From NCBI RefSeq assembly GCF_032191835.1, contig NC_083225.1:83700001-83764000 (forward strand): 64,000 nt of DNA, in the 5' to 3' direction. Position 1 is the stretch's first letter. Every line of letters begins with the position of its first letter. The notes under the pieces are model-generated. The model saw nothing but the letters and a program-made list of their open reading frames with translations. It was not told the DNA's origin and did not search any database. The stretch comes from Heteronotia binoei (taxonomy: Eukaryota). Position numbers and translations under genes: made by a program. This document shows, in pieces, positions 63,246 to 64,000 of the stretch.

Positions 63246-64000
63246 GGGGGACAGAAGAACTTAAATTGCTTTCAGGTCAAACTGGGGAGAAAAACAGGGC
63301 AAAAGGAGCTAAATCAATGTCAGACTATGTGGGCAGCATCATTTCTATATTACCTAACAGTATGAAAACAAGGTTGATGTTCCCTCCTCCCCACTTACTT
63401 TCCAATGCATGCCAGATATTGTGAATTCTGTTCTGTGTTAGTCATTACATTGCAACTATTCTTCTTCAATATGAAATGTAAGTATATTCTCATACATGTG
63501 GCATATAGCAAATTTTTAAATAACCTTCCCAGTCCTTCCCATTTCGTTTATGAAATGGTAGAATCTTAAATAATGACTACATCCATTGTTCGTATGTCCA
63601 GGGACAGCTTCTCATATTGAGCCTGGAACATTTTTTTAAATGGTTGGAGGGGGGCACAAGTAGGTAGCCTTGCCTAGGGCACCAAACAGCCTGGCCCTGG
63701 TAGAAGATAATTTAGGTTACTGACAATAAATATCTCTTTTAACCTCCTGCCCAACCATATTATTTTGTCTGTCTAGGATGTTATGACAAAACACTACAGT
63801 GATGTATGGGGGATAGGGAGAACTAACGTTTTCATTATGCAACAACAGAAAGAGCCAGTAACTAAGTAGAATCACAGCAATCATGGGGCATTACAAAACC
63901 AGCCATTGTCTGTATTGCAGCACTTCAGTACACATTTCCAAAACAAACATGCTCCCCAACATTGCCACATTGTAAATTGGTTGTCTGCATTCACCGACAG

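Overview
Vertebrate nuclear DNA, most likely a squamate reptile (probably a gecko; inferred from a Squam3/MIR-type SINE, BovB, CR1, L2, DIRS1 and Ngaro repeats). It is mostly intronic or intergenic and repeat-dense, with two assembly gaps (13021-13175, 42021-42168). None of the long ORFs is a host gene: all derive from retroelements. There are three tyrosine-recombinase retrotransposons: a decayed Ngaro (~2.6-6.5 kb), a DIRS1 with ITRs, ICR and a Dam-like methylase domain (26285-32760, minus strand), and a Ngaro with identical split direct repeats but destroyed ORFs (48667-55153). This last element carries a 10-copy CR1-tail array and a tRNA-SINE/5S chimera. The window also has a 5'-complete RTE LINE with a 12-bp TSD nested in an RTEX-like LINE, plus several L2, CR1 and L1 fragments, hAT MITEs and solo LTRs. 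Four short splice-signal-bounded exons suggest an unidentified plus-strand host gene. Structures the annotation alone does not explain: (1) two direct copies of a hAT MITE bracket a 2.5-kb segment containing a CpG-island promoter, with a shared 8-bp TSD only at the outer ends (composite-transposon-like); (2) a 2.7-kb CR1-plus-flank block is an inverted copy of DNA ~10 kb downstream and sits inside a MITE; (3) the cargo-carrying non-autonomous Ngaro.
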